From NCBI GenBank assembly GCA_037446725.1, contig JBBIIC010000005.1, positions 5,886 through 69,885 on the forward strand: a stretch of 64,000 nucleotides of DNA. Reading direction: 5' to 3'. Numbering within the stretch: position 1 is the stretch's first letter; every line of letters starts with the position of its first letter. A model generated the notes under the pieces. That model was not told where the DNA came from. It saw nothing but the letters and a program-made list of their open reading frames with translations, and did not search any database. The stretch comes from Actinomycetota bacterium. GTDB lineage: Bacteria > Actinomycetota > Coriobacteriia > Anaerosomatales > SLCP01. The position numbers were made by a program, and so were the translations under genes. Below are positions 26,766-36,284 of the stretch, in pieces.

Positions 26766-27469
26766 TCGTGCTCCTCGGCCTCGGCCTCAAAGCCGGTGTT
26801 CTCCTCGAACAGCTCCTCGAGCTGGTCTTCGAGTGCACGCCGGAGCTTCACGCGGCGCCTGACCAGCACCAGCACGAGGACGAGAGTCAGCAGAATCGCG
26901 ACCCCCGCATACCCGATGCCCGCTGCGAAGGCCAGGGCACGCTCGAAGTTCTCGCCGAGGAAGTAACCGATGAGCACCATGACGGCGCTGTAGAGCATCG
27001 CGCCGAGCACGGTGTAGAGCTCGAACCAGGGCAGTTTCATGCGCGATACGCCCGCGATCATGGGAGTGAAGTTCTTGAAGCCGGCGGTGAAGCGTCCCAC
27101 GAGCACCGTTTTGGAACCGTGCACCGCGAAGTACTCCTCGGCGTCGGCGATACGCTTCTCGCTGATGTGGAAGCGGTGGCCGTACCGCAGGAGCGCGTCG
27201 CGGCCCCCCTTGCGGCCGAGGAAGTAGCTGATGTTACTGCCGATCACCGTGCCGAGTACCGAGGCGAGCCAGACGAGCGGCCACTGGAGCGAGCCGTACG
27301 TCGGCGTTGAGAGGAATGCGGCCGCCACAACGATGGTCTCGCCGGGCGTGATGCCGCCGATCACGAACAGGTTCTCGAAGAGGGTGAAGCCGAACACGAT
27401 CGGGTAGCCTGCCGTGTCGAGCAGGCCGAGGAACCAATCGATGATCGCGATACCGGTCACCGGCTCCAT
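26762..27469 (-). CDS. DedA-family membrane protein
   Basis: 235 aa. DedA/SNARE-associated motifs (FENLFVIGGITPGE, GRFTAGFKNFTPMIAG). Confidence 0.88.
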   Translation of the reverse strand: MEPVTGIAIIDWFLGLLDTAGYPIVFGFTLFENLFVIGGITPGETIVVAAAFLSTPTYGSLQWPLVWLASVLGTVIGSNISYFLGRKGGRDALLRYGHRFHISEKRIADAEEYFAVHGSKTVLVGRFTAGFKNFTPMIAGVSRMKLPWFELYTVLGAMLYSAVMVLIGYFLGENFERALAFAAGIGYAGVAILLTLVLVLVLVRRRVKLRRALEDQLEELFEENTGFEAEAEEHE

Positions 27470-27490
27470 CGGTGCCCTTCCTGGTGAGAC

Positions 27491-28435
27491 CTACGGGGAC
27501 GCCTGCTCATCGAATCCGAAATCGAGCGGGTGCGCAAGACCGAGCGCGCTCGTTGATACCCGATCGACACCAGCGGCCACGATCTCGCCGATGCGCTCGA
27601 ACGTTACGCCACCGGAGGCCTCGGTGAGCGTCCGCGCGCCGCAGGCTGCCGAGGCGGTGCGAACCGCCTCGGCCGCCCGACGCATGGTGGCGACGCCCAT
27701 GTTGTCGAGCAGCACGACGTCGGCCCCCGCCGAGGCCGCCTCGGCGGCCTGCTCCACCGTGTCAGCTTCGACCTCGACACGCAGTTCGGGGTGGGCCGAG
27801 CGAGCCGCACTCACCGCGGCGGCCAGTCCGCCTGCGAGCCGCACGTGGTTGTCCTTCACCAGCACCATGTCCCACAACCCCTCGCGGTGCGGATGCGCGC
27901 CCCCGCAGGCAACCGCCCACTTCGAGAGCGCGCGCAGGCCCGGGAGCGTCTTGCGGGTATCGAGCACGGCTACGTCGGAACCGGCGGCTTCCTGCCAACG
28001 GGCGGCCTCGGTAGCGATGCCGGAAAGCACCATGACGAGGTTGAGCGCCGTTCGCTCGGCGGCGAGCAGGACGGTTGCGAGGCCGGTGACCTCGGCGACC
28101 GCGTCGCCGTGACCCGCCCGGTCGCCGTCGGCGGCGAGCGGCTCGAATCTCACCGAGCCGGGCCGCCCGGCGGCCAGGGCGAGCAGCACGTAGACGCGCT
28201 CGGCAGCCACCAGCCCACACACCACACCGGGCTCGCGCGCGACGATCCGCCCCGAGAACTCCGCATCCGGCGGCACGACTGCGCTCGTCGTGACGTCGCG
28301 GGCGAGCAGGTCGCGCATGGCGGTCTCGCCTGCGCCGCTCAGCGACTCGCGCAGCGCCTCCGGCGACACCCCGAGGTCTTCCGCGAGAGCGCGGGTGACG
28401 AGATCGTCGACGAGCGCGATGTCCGGGCGGCTCAC
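27491..28435 (-). CDS. nadC: Nicotinate-nucleotide pyrophosphorylase (quinolinate phosphoribosyltransferase)
   Basis: Start set to GTG 28435, forming a GTGA overlap with the nadB stop. 314 aa. QPRTase-like LDTRKTLPGLR...VLLDNM...EASGGV. Confidence 0.9.
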   Translation of the reverse strand: MSRPDIALVDDLVTRALAEDLGVSPEALRESLSGAGETAMRDLLARDVTTSAVVPPDAEFSGRIVAREPGVVCGLVAAERVYVLLALAAGRPGSVRFEPLAADGDRAGHGDAVAEVTGLATVLLAAERTALNLVMVLSGIATEAARWQEAAGSDVAVLDTRKTLPGLRALSKWAVACGGAHPHREGLWDMVLVKDNHVRLAGGLAAAVSAARSAHPELRVEVEADTVEQAAEAASAGADVVLLDNMGVATMRRAAEAVRTASAACGARTLTEASGGVTFERIGEIVAAGVDRVSTSALGLAHPLDFGFDEQASP

Positions 28436-30192
28436 GCGGCACCTCCACCCGGCATGTGAGCGTGGCTCACCGACACCGGTGCGAACCGCGGCGCCGCGCC
28501 GCGCTGCCACACGAGGTGGCCGGCCCAGTGAGCGTCGTCGCGATCGGGGAAGTCAACGCGGCTGTGGGCGCCGCGGGTCTCGGCGCGCACACGTGCCGCG
28601 TGCGTGATGAGCGCGGCGACGGTGACCATATTCTGGACCTCGAACTCCTCCGCGCGGCGCAGACTCACCTCGAGCAGCCGGCTCAGCCCCGCGATCACCG
28701 TGGCGGCCTCGGAGAGCCCGCCTTCCGAGCGCACCATGCCCGCGAACGACGTCATCGCCTGCTGGAGCGTGGCGCGCGCTGCATCGATGGTGAACGCCGC
28801 TGTGCGCTCGACCGGGCCCGAGACGATGCGCGAGACCCGATCGGGTTGGGCGCCGTCGCGCAGCGCCCGCGCGATGCGCCGGGAGAAGACGACCCCTTCG
28901 AGCAGGGAGTTCGAAGCGAGGCGGTTCGCACCGTGCAGCCCGGAGGCGGTCACTTCGCCGGCGGCGAAGAGTCCCGGGAGCGAGGTGCGGCCGTCGAGGT
29001 CGACCTTCACGCCGCCAATCATGTAGTGCGCGGCCGGAGCGACCGGGACGAGGTCGCGCGACAGGTCGTAGCCGGCCTCCAGGCACCGCTCCCAGATCGT
29101 CGGGAACCGCTCGCGCAGGTGCGCCTCGCCGAGATGGCGCGCGTCGAGCCAGACGTGCGGCTGCTGGCAGCGCACCATCACGCGCTCGATCTCGCGCACG
29201 ACGACGTCGCGCGGTGCGAGCTCGGCAAGGGAGTGGCGGCCGGGCATGAAGCGCTCGCCGGCGCAGTCGAGCAGGTAGGCGCCCTCACCCCGGAGCGCCT
29301 CGGTGATGAGCGTCTTGGGGTGCTCGTCTGAGTCGAGCGCGGTGGGATGGAACTGCACGAACTCCATGTCGGCTATCTCGGCCCCGGCGCGCCACGCAGC
29401 GGCAAGGCCGTCGCCGGTCGCGATCTGGGGGTTGGTGGTCACGCGGAAGACCTGCCCGCACCCGCCGGTCGCGAGCACAACCGCATCGGCCCAGCAGATC
29501 GCGGGCCTGCCAGTCGCCTCGTCGAGCACGAGTGCGCCGACACAGCGGTCGCCTGCGGTGAGCAGGTCTACGAGGAAGTGCTCCTCGGCAACCTCGACGT
29601 GGTCCGCCGCTCGCACGGCGGCCGTCAAAGCCTCCTGGATCGTCGCCCCGGTCGCATCCCCCGTGTGCAGCACGCGCGGCAGACTGTGGCCACCCTCGAG
29701 CGCGAGGCTCGGCGCACCGCCCGCCCCGAGATCGAAGCGGACCCCGAGCGCCTCGAGCTCGGCGAGCGCCGCGGCCGCCTCGCCGACGACGGCGCGCACC
29801 ACGCGCTCGTCGCAGAGCCCCTGGCCGGCCACGAGCGTGTCGGCAAGGTGCAGCTCGACCGAGTCCGCCTCGCCGATCGCGCCGGCGATGCCGCCCTGCG
29901 CGTACCAGGTCCCGGTCTCCGCGAGCCGCCCCTTGGTGACGAGCCCGACCCTGCACTCGGGCCCGAGGGAGAGCGCAGCCATCAGTCCGGCTATCCCCGA
30001 GCCGACGACGAGTACGTCGTAGCGTTCCTGCGGCAGCTCGTCGGTGTCGAACTCGACCAGATAGCGCCTGCCGAGCGCCCCGGGCAGCTCGCCGGCCTTC
30101 AGCCGGCGCTCGTCGGGCGGGAAGGTGCCGCCCGAGCGCCGCTCGCGCGCGAGGTCGTGGTCTGCCGCGTGCGTGTCGGCCGGCTCAGCCAA
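28432..30192 (-). CDS. nadB: L-aspartate oxidase
   Basis: FAD motif YDVLVVGSGIAG, plus RGEGAYL and HYMIGGV segments. The start is uncertain. There is no in-frame ATG/GTG between the nadA stop and the FAD motif. TTG 30192 overlaps the nadA stop; CTG 30060 or ATG 30273 are alternatives. Confidence 0.88.
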   Translation of the reverse strand: MAEPADTHAADHDLARERRSGGTFPPDERRLKAGELPGALGRRYLVEFDTDELPQERYDVLVVGSGIAGLMAALSLGPECRVGLVTKGRLAETGTWYAQGGIAGAIGEADSVELHLADTLVAGQGLCDERVVRAVVGEAAAALAELEALGVRFDLGAGGAPSLALEGGHSLPRVLHTGDATGATIQEALTAAVRAADHVEVAEEHFLVDLLTAGDRCVGALVLDEATGRPAICWADAVVLATGGCGQVFRVTTNPQIATGDGLAAAWRAGAEIADMEFVQFHPTALDSDEHPKTLITEALRGEGAYLLDCAGERFMPGRHSLAELAPRDVVVREIERVMVRCQQPHVWLDARHLGEAHLRERFPTIWERCLEAGYDLSRDLVPVAPAAHYMIGGVKVDLDGRTSLPGLFAAGEVTASGLHGANRLASNSLLEGVVFSRRIARALRDGAQPDRVSRIVSGPVERTAAFTIDAARATLQQAMTSFAGMVRSEGGLSEAATVIAGLSRLLEVSLRRAEEFEVQNMVTVAALITHAARVRAETRGAHSRVDFPDRDDAHWAGHLVWQRGAAPRFAPVSVSHAHMPGGGAA

Positions 30193-31099
30193 GCGCCACC
30201 ATCCGCTCCACCGCGCCGAGCGCGGCCCGCGCGATGTCGGGATCCACCTCGATCGCCGTGTGCATACCTGCAAGCGAGTCGCGCACCTTCTCGATGGTGG
30301 TGACCTTCATGTTGGGACAGATCATCTTCGGCGTCAGGTTGATGAAGCGCTTGCCCGGAGCGGCCTTCGAGAGCCCGTGCAGCAAGCCCTCCTCGGTGAT
30401 GACGATGATCTCCTCGGCGTCGGACTCGGCCGCGAAGCGAAGCATCTGACTCGTCGAGAGCACCGCGTCGGCGAGCGCGGTGAGCCACGGCTGACACTCG
30501 GGATGGACGACGAGCGCCGCCGAGGGGTGGCGCTCTTGCGCCTCGCGCACCTGCTCGGCCGTGACCTCGTCGTGAGTGGGGCACCAGCCGTCCCATGCGA
30601 CGATCTCGACCTCGGGCAGCTGCGAGCCGACCCATGTCGCCAGGTTGCGGTCCGGCCCGAAGAGCACCTCCGGTGCGCCGAGCGAGCGAACGACCTCGAC
30701 GGCATTGGCCGAGGTGCAGCAGATGTCCGAGAGCGCCTTGACCTCTGCAGACGAGTTCACGTACGTCACCACGGGCACGCCCGGGTGCTCGGCGCGCCAC
30801 GCCGCGAGCTGCTCGCCGGTGAGCATGTCGGCCATAGGGCATCCGGCCCGCGGCTCGGGCATGAGCACGGTCTTGCCCGGACAGAGGATCTTCGCTGTCT
30901 CGGCCATGAAGTGCACGCCGGCGAAGACTATGACGCTCGCGTCGGTGGCGGCGGCTTGACGTGAGAGCCCGAGAGAGTCGCCGACGAAGTCAGCGACGTC
31001 CTGCACCTCGGGACGCTGGTAGTTGTGAGCGAGGATCACAGCGTCGCGCTCGGCGGCGAGCGAGCGTATCTCTTCGTGGATCGCTCGTGGGTCGGTCAT
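30185..31099 (-). CDS. nadA: Quinolinate synthase
   Basis: 304 aa. VILAHNYQRPEVQDVADFVGDS and later conserved Cys positions. Overlaps the panC stop. Confidence 0.93.
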   Translation of the reverse strand: MTDPRAIHEEIRSLAAERDAVILAHNYQRPEVQDVADFVGDSLGLSRQAAATDASVIVFAGVHFMAETAKILCPGKTVLMPEPRAGCPMADMLTGEQLAAWRAEHPGVPVVTYVNSSAEVKALSDICCTSANAVEVVRSLGAPEVLFGPDRNLATWVGSQLPEVEIVAWDGWCPTHDEVTAEQVREAQERHPSAALVVHPECQPWLTALADAVLSTSQMLRFAAESDAEEIIVITEEGLLHGLSKAAPGKRFINLTPKMICPNMKVTTIEKVRDSLAGMHTAIEVDPDIARAALGAVERMVALG

Positions 31100-31983
31100 C
31101 GGTAACGGCCTCCTTCGCGAGTGGATTCATCGGCAAGCGGGGGCACAAGCGCGCAGTTATCGATGAGGCGGGTCGAGCCCACCGTGGCAGCCACGAGCAC
31201 GCGGGCGGGCGCGAGCACCTCGTCGAGCGGCTCGAGCGTCTCCGGGTCGACGACGACCGCGTAGTCGAGCTCGAGCGTCTCGGCCCCGGCGAACCTGGCG
31301 TACATCTCGCGCTCCAGGGCGCGCGCGTCCCGCTCGCCCCACGCGAGCGCGGCGGCCGCGGCCTCGAGCGCCTCGGGAAGTGCGAGTGCGGCGGCGCGCT
31401 CGTCGGCGGACAGGCGGACGTTGCGGCTCGAGAGGGCGAGCCCGTCGCGGTCACGGACGATCGGCGCCGCGACGATGGTCGCGCCGAGGTCGAGGTCGCA
31501 GGCCAGCCGCCGCACGACCTGCAGTTGCTGGTAGTCCTTCTCGCCGAAGAACGCGAGGTGCGGCCTGAAGATGCTCAGGAGTTTGGCCACCACGGTGGCA
31601 ACACCCGTGAAGTGCCCGGGGCGCGCCTCTCCCTCCCAGCGCCCGGCGAGGGGGCCGGGGTCGACGGTAACCGACGCCCCCGGCTCGTACATCACGCTCG
31701 CGCTCGGCGTGAAGACGAGGTCCACGCCCTCTGCTGCGAGCAGCTGAAGGTCGTGGTCGAGGTCGCGCGGGTAGGACTCGAAGTCCTCCCCGGGACCGAA
31801 CTGGGTGGGGTTCACGAACACCGAGACCGCGACGTAGTCCGCGCGCGCACACGCGGCGCGCACGAGTGAGAGGTGTCCTTCGTGCAGCGCGCCCATCGTG
31901 GGCACGAGAGCGACGATCTTGCCCTCGGCCCGTGCATCGGCCGCGGCGCGCCGCGCCTCGGCTTTGGATGCCACACGCTCCAC
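31096..31983 (-). CDS. panC: Pantoate-beta-alanine ligase
   Basis: 295 aa. PTMGALHEGHLSL (HIGH-type) motif. Confidence 0.93.
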   Translation of the reverse strand: MERVASKAEARRAAADARAEGKIVALVPTMGALHEGHLSLVRAACARADYVAVSVFVNPTQFGPGEDFESYPRDLDHDLQLLAAEGVDLVFTPSASVMYEPGASVTVDPGPLAGRWEGEARPGHFTGVATVVAKLLSIFRPHLAFFGEKDYQQLQVVRRLACDLDLGATIVAAPIVRDRDGLALSSRNVRLSADERAAALALPEALEAAAAALAWGERDARALEREMYARFAGAETLELDYAVVVDPETLEPLDEVLAPARVLVAATVGSTRLIDNCALVPPLADESTREGGRYR

Positions 31984-31985
31984 GC

Positions 31986-32894
31986 CTAGGCCTCCGTCCC
32001 CGATCCGCTCACGCGGCGCAGGTGCCGCCCGCGGGCGGCCCGCACCGATTCGAGGGTCCCTGCGTCCATGTGGGTCGACTGCTCCTCGCCCGGGAACGCC
32101 CGGTCGCGCACGTCGTCGGCGTACGCGGTCACCGCCTCGCGCACGAGCGCGCCGGCATCCGCGTAGCGCTTCGCGTGACGCGGGAGGAAGTCGCCGCCGA
32201 GCCCAAGCAGGTCGTGGAAGACCTGGACCTGCCCGTCGCAGCCCTCACCCGCGCCGATGCCGATCGTCGGGATGGCGAGCTCGGCCGTGACGAGCGCGGC
32301 GAGCTCGGCCGGGATGCACTCGAGTACGATCGCGAACGCGCCGGCGTCCTGGAGCGCGAGACAGTCATCGATCAGTGTGGCGGCCGCCTCGGCTTCGCGC
32401 GCCTGGACCTTGTACCCGCCGAGCTGGTGCACCGACTGCGGCGTCAGCCCGACGTGTCCCATGATCGGGATGCCGGCCTGCACGAGCCGCTTCGCCGTGG
32501 GAGCGACGTGCGCGCCGCCTTCGAGCTTGACGGCGGCAGCACCGCCCTCGGCGACGAGACGTCCCGCCGCCCGCAGCGCGTCTTCCTCCGAGACCTGGAA
32601 CGACATGAACGGCATGTCAGCCACGACGAGTGCGCGCTTCGCACCGCGCGCCACCGCGGCGGTGTGCCGCACCATGTCGTCCACGGTCACCGGCAGGGTG
32701 GAATCGAAACCGAGCACGGTCATGCCGAGCGAGTCGCCTACAAGGATGGCGTCGACTCCGGCCTGATCAACGAGGCGCGCCGAGGGTGTGTCGTAGGCGG
32801 TGATCATGACGATGGGGCGCTGAGAGGCCTTCATCGCGCGAAGCGCGGTCGTCGTGATCGCGCGCGCAGAATCCATAGGTACCATGGCGCTCAT
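31986..32894 (-). CDS. panB: 3-methyl-2-oxobutanoate hydroxymethyltransferase
   Basis: 302 aa. MITAYD...VGDSLGM...KLEGG motifs. Confidence 0.93.
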   Translation of the reverse strand: MSAMVPMDSARAITTTALRAMKASQRPIVMITAYDTPSARLVDQAGVDAILVGDSLGMTVLGFDSTLPVTVDDMVRHTAAVARGAKRALVVADMPFMSFQVSEEDALRAAGRLVAEGGAAAVKLEGGAHVAPTAKRLVQAGIPIMGHVGLTPQSVHQLGGYKVQAREAEAAATLIDDCLALQDAGAFAIVLECIPAELAALVTAELAIPTIGIGAGEGCDGQVQVFHDLLGLGGDFLPRHAKRYADAGALVREAVTAYADDVRDRAFPGEEQSTHMDAGTLESVRAARGRHLRRVSGSGTEA

Positions 32895-32972
32895 GGCACG
32901 CTCCTTCCCGGTCTGCCGTCTCAGCCCTGGCTCTTCCGAGGGTCCAAGCGGCCCCGTACGGGTGGGGTAGAG

Positions 32973-32981
32973 AGTATACCA
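32973..32981 (-). promoter_or_regulatory. Extended -10 element TGGTATACT upstream of panB
   Basis: Reverse strand reads ggTGGTATACTctc, 79 nt upstream of the panB ATG, in the 123-nt gap after folK. Confidence 0.3.
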
Positions 32982-33017
32982 CCGCAGGTGGCGGCCCAGA
33001 CGCGGCGCGTGCGAACA

Positions 33018-33836
33018 CTACTCGTCGTCTTCGGCTCCCGCAGCGAACTCCTCTTCTGCCGGCGGGGCCGCCACCGCCTCGGCGATGGCACGGCGGGCCC
33101 GCTCCGCAAGCGCCTCGGGCACGAGCAGCTTGAACGGGCGCGCGAGCCCCCAGGGGTTCGTCCAGAGCTCGGGCGGGTACGGGTCCCACGCGTACGGGAT
33201 GCCCTCGCCGTCGAGCACCGAACGCTCAAGGAGCAGGAGCGCATCCAGGCTCGGCACCCGCCCGGAGCCAGGAGGTCCGTCCCCGACGGCGACCTCCACC
33301 CACTCCTCGTCGAGTCCGCTTCCCGCAGGACCGCGGGTCACGTCCTCGAAGCCCGACACCATGCCGAGCGTCCCGGTGATCCTGCCGACGGCGACCTTGT
33401 CGTCGCAGACGGCCGAACCGTCGGGCATCACCACGAGCGGGTCGACCTCGAGCAGCGGCCTGACGACGAACTCGCGCTCCAGGAATCGCGGGTGCGGGAT
33501 GATGACCCCAGGGCCCTCCCACTCCTCGTCGCCGAACAGGATGATGTCCAGATCAATCGGACGAGGAGCGTTCCTGGCCTCAGGCGTGCGGCCGAGTTCG
33601 GTCTCGATCTCACCCATGAGGCGCAGCAGCGTGTCCGCCGAGAGCACGGTCTCGACCACTGCGACAGCATTAGCGAACGCCGGCGCGGACGCATCCGGCC
33701 ACGCTTCGGACTCGTAGACCTCGGAGACCGCGACGACCGCCGTGTCCTCGAGTTCGTCGATGGCACGGAGTGCTGCAGCGATGTTCTCGAGCCGGTCGCC
33801 GAGGTTGGCGCCGAGCCCGACGTGCGCACGCGTCAT
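33018..33836 (-). CDS. folK: HPPK (2-amino-4-hydroxy-6-hydroxymethyldihydropteridine diphosphokinase) with C-terminal DUF2007-like extension
   Basis: HPPK motifs GLGANLGD, RPIDLDIILF and PHPR. About 100 extra C-terminal residues end in GIPYAWDPYPPE...FKLLVPEALAERARRAI plus an acidic tail. ATG 33836 shares 1 nt with the folP TGA; GTG 33839 and GTG 33845 are alternatives. Confidence 0.85.
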   Translation of the reverse strand: MTRAHVGLGANLGDRLENIAAALRAIDELEDTAVVAVSEVYESEAWPDASAPAFANAVAVVETVLSADTLLRLMGEIETELGRTPEARNAPRPIDLDIILFGDEEWEGPGVIIPHPRFLEREFVVRPLLEVDPLVVMPDGSAVCDDKVAVGRITGTLGMVSGFEDVTRGPAGSGLDEEWVEVAVGDGPPGSGRVPSLDALLLLERSVLDGEGIPYAWDPYPPELWTNPWGLARPFKLLVPEALAERARRAIAEAVAAPPAEEEFAAGAEDDE

Positions 33837-34681
33837 CACGCCCACCTCCCGATGGCGGTGACGACCTTGAGAGCCTCGACCGTTTCTCTCACGTCGTGGA
33901 CGCGCACGATGTCCGCCCCCGCAAGGGCCGCGTACACCGCCGCTCCGACGCTGCCGGCCACCCGCCGCTTCGGATCGTCCTCACCGAGTATGTGCCCGAT
34001 GAAGCGCTTCCGCGACGCGCCGACCAGCACCGGATAGCCGAGTGCGGCTAACGCGGGCAGGCCGCGCAGGAGCGCGAGGTTGTGCTCGAGGGTCTTGCCG
34101 AAGCCGATCCCCGGATCGAGCGCGATGCGCTCGGGCGCGATGCCGGCGGATTCGAGGGCGGCGGCGCGCCCGGCCAGGAACTCCGCCACCTCGGCGACCA
34201 CGTCCGTGTAGTGCGGGCCGTCCTGCATGGTCGCCGGGTCATCGCCGAGCATATGCATCACCACAAGGCCGGCGTCGCTCTCCGCCGCCACCCGGAGCAC
34301 CTCAGGGTCGCGGAAGCCGGTGACGTCGTTGATCACGGAAGCGCCCACATCCACGCACGCCCGGGCGACCGCAGCGTGCCGCGTGTCGATGGATACGGGG
34401 AGAGCGACCCGGCTCGCGAGTGCTCGCACGACGGGCAGCACCCGCGCGAGTTCAGCCTCCACGCCGACGGGTGCCGCGCCGGGCCGGGTGGACTCGCCGC
34501 CGACGTCGATGAGGTCGGCGCCCTCGGCGGCCATGGCATGTGCCCGCGACAGGGCGGCATCCGGGTCGGCGTGATCACCGCCGTCGGAGAACGAGTCGGG
34601 CGTGACATTGAGGATGCCCATGACGAGCGGCCGGTCGAGAGCGAGCGCGAACCGGCCGCACCGCCAGACGCGCAGGCTCAT
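33836..34681 (-). CDS. folP: Dihydropteroate synthase
   Basis: 281 aa. GILNVTPDSFSDGG and DVGGESTRPG motifs. Confidence 0.93.
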   Translation of the reverse strand: MSLRVWRCGRFALALDRPLVMGILNVTPDSFSDGGDHADPDAALSRAHAMAAEGADLIDVGGESTRPGAAPVGVEAELARVLPVVRALASRVALPVSIDTRHAAVARACVDVGASVINDVTGFRDPEVLRVAAESDAGLVVMHMLGDDPATMQDGPHYTDVVAEVAEFLAGRAAALESAGIAPERIALDPGIGFGKTLEHNLALLRGLPALAALGYPVLVGASRKRFIGHILGEDDPKRRVAGSVGAAVYAALAGADIVRVHDVRETVEALKVVTAIGRWA

Positions 34682-34697
34682 CCCGCCCCACCCACGC

Positions 34698-35267
34698 TCA
34701 TCGGCCCTTGATGAGCGACATCGCCTCCGAGCGTGTGGCCATACTCCGCTCGAAGATGCCGCGCACCGCTGAAGTGGTCGTGATCGCGCCGGGCTTCTGG
34801 ACGCCGCGCATCGACATGCAGAGGTGCTCGGCTTCTATGACCACCATCACTCCCTGAGGCTCGAGGTGCTCGACGATGGTGTCGGCAATCTGACTCGTCA
34901 TCCGCTCCTGGACCTGCGGACGGCGCGCGAAGACCTCGACGACGCGTGCGAGCTTCGATAGCCCGCAGATCCTCCCCTCCTTGCCCGGGATGTAGGCGAC
35001 GTGCGCCCTGCCCATGAACGGCACGAGATGGTGTTCGCAGATCGAGTAGAGGGGGATGTCGCGCACGAGCACCATCTCCTGATGGCCCTCGTTGAAGGTC
35101 ACGCAGAAGTGGTCGGCGGCATTCTGCTCAAGTCCCGCGAATATCTCGGCGTACATCTCGGCGACACGCCGAGGGGTGTCGGCCAGACCCTCTCGGACGG
35201 GATCCTCGCCGATGCCCTCGAGGACGAGGCGCACTCCTTCGGCTATCTTGTCGCGGTCCATGGGCAT
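34698..35267 (-). CDS. folE: GTP cyclohydrolase I
   Basis: Start set to ATG 35267 (GGAG 7 nt upstream), giving 189 aa. Motifs [10 protein letters not shown] and QVQERMT. Confidence 0.92.
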   Translation of the reverse strand: MPMDRDKIAEGVRLVLEGIGEDPVREGLADTPRRVAEMYAEIFAGLEQNAADHFCVTFNEGHQEMVLVRDIPLYSICEHHLVPFMGRAHVAYIPGKEGRICGLSKLARVVEVFARRPQVQERMTSQIADTIVEHLEPQGVMVVIEAEHLCMSMRGVQKPGAITTTSAVRGIFERSMATRSEAMSLIKGR

Positions 35268-35348
35268 GGGGCAGCTCCGGGAGGTTGGGGGCACAGGCGC
35301 CTCAATGACGCTCACCGAGTAGTATGCCCGAGCGGGCCGGGGGTGTCC

Positions 35349-36284
35349 TCAGCCCCCGAGCATCCCGAAAGCGTGCGCGATGCTCACGATAGCCGGTCCG
35401 GCGACCACGATGAGCGTGGCCGGGAGGATGCACAGGATGAGCGGGAAGACGATCTTGACCGGGGCCTTCTGCGCCATCTCCTCGGCGAACTGGCGGCGCC
35501 TCACGCGCATGTCCCGCGACTGCGTCCGGAGCACGTTGCTCACGCTCACGCCGAAGACATCCGCCTGGATCATCGCCATGACGAATGTCCGCAGCTCCTG
35601 CACCTCGTTACGCTCGCCGAGCCTGCGCATCGCGTCGCGGCGCGAGACTCCCGCCTGGACCTCGTGGAGCATCCGGCCGAACTCCTCGGAGAGCGCGCCT
35701 GGCCGACCGCCGGTGATCTTGGCGACCGCGGCGTCGAACCCCATGCCCGCCTCAACGCTGATGGTGAGCATGTCGAGCATGTCGGGAAGCGTACGGCGGA
35801 TCTCGAGCTGGCGCTTGCTCACACGGTTGCGGAGCCACAGGTCGGGGAGGTAGAAGCCGACGGCCGCGAAGACCGCCACGCCAAGGGCGAACCGTCCGAG
35901 GGTCGGGGCGGCGAGGAAGCCGACTAGCATCATGAAGACGGCGCCCCCCAGCGCCAAGCCCGCCTTGAGCGCGAAGAACTGCTCGGTGCTCATTCGGTAG
36001 GGATGGCCGGCCATGTCGAGACGGCGGGCGACCCGGCTCGCGTAATCAGAAGGTCCGAAGATGCGCGCGATGTCGGCGAGCGAGCGTGAAGCCGGCCTGA
36101 GGACACGGTCGGCGAATGGAGCAAGCGTCGGCTCGATTTCGGCAGCCTGACCCGCCTCGTAGGCGGTCAGCCCTTCGAGCTGGCGCTGGACCTGCCGCTC
36201 CTCGGAGAAGAACAGCGTGAGCACCGCATACGCGAGAGCCACGACGGCTACGGCGACGAGCGCTGCAATCGCCCATTCGAGCAT
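35349..36284 (-). CDS. tadC: Tad pilus platform protein TadC (T2SS-F family)
   Basis: Start set to ATG 36284 (GGAGGTGGAG upstream), sharing 1 nt with the tadB TGA. 311 aa. T2SSF domain (LPDMLDMLTISVEAGMGF). Confidence 0.85.
   Translation of the reverse strand: MLEWAIAALVAVAVVALAYAVLTLFFSEERQVQRQLEGLTAYEAGQAAEIEPTLAPFADRVLRPASRSLADIARIFGPSDYASRVARRLDMAGHPYRMSTEQFFALKAGLALGGAVFMMLVGFLAAPTLGRFALGVAVFAAVGFYLPDLWLRNRVSKRQLEIRRTLPDMLDMLTISVEAGMGFDAAVAKITGGRPGALSEEFGRMLHEVQAGVSRRDAMRRLGERNEVQELRTFVMAMIQADVFGVSVSNVLRTQSRDMRVRRRQFAEEMAQKAPVKIVFPLILCILPATLIVVAGPAIVSIAHAFGMLGG

Noticed and set aside
35268-35348. Possible THF or other riboswitch upstream of folE
   Set aside because: The gap is only 81 nt, lacks an obvious multi-stem structure, and already contains the SD. 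That is too short for a THF-type aptamer plus expression platform.
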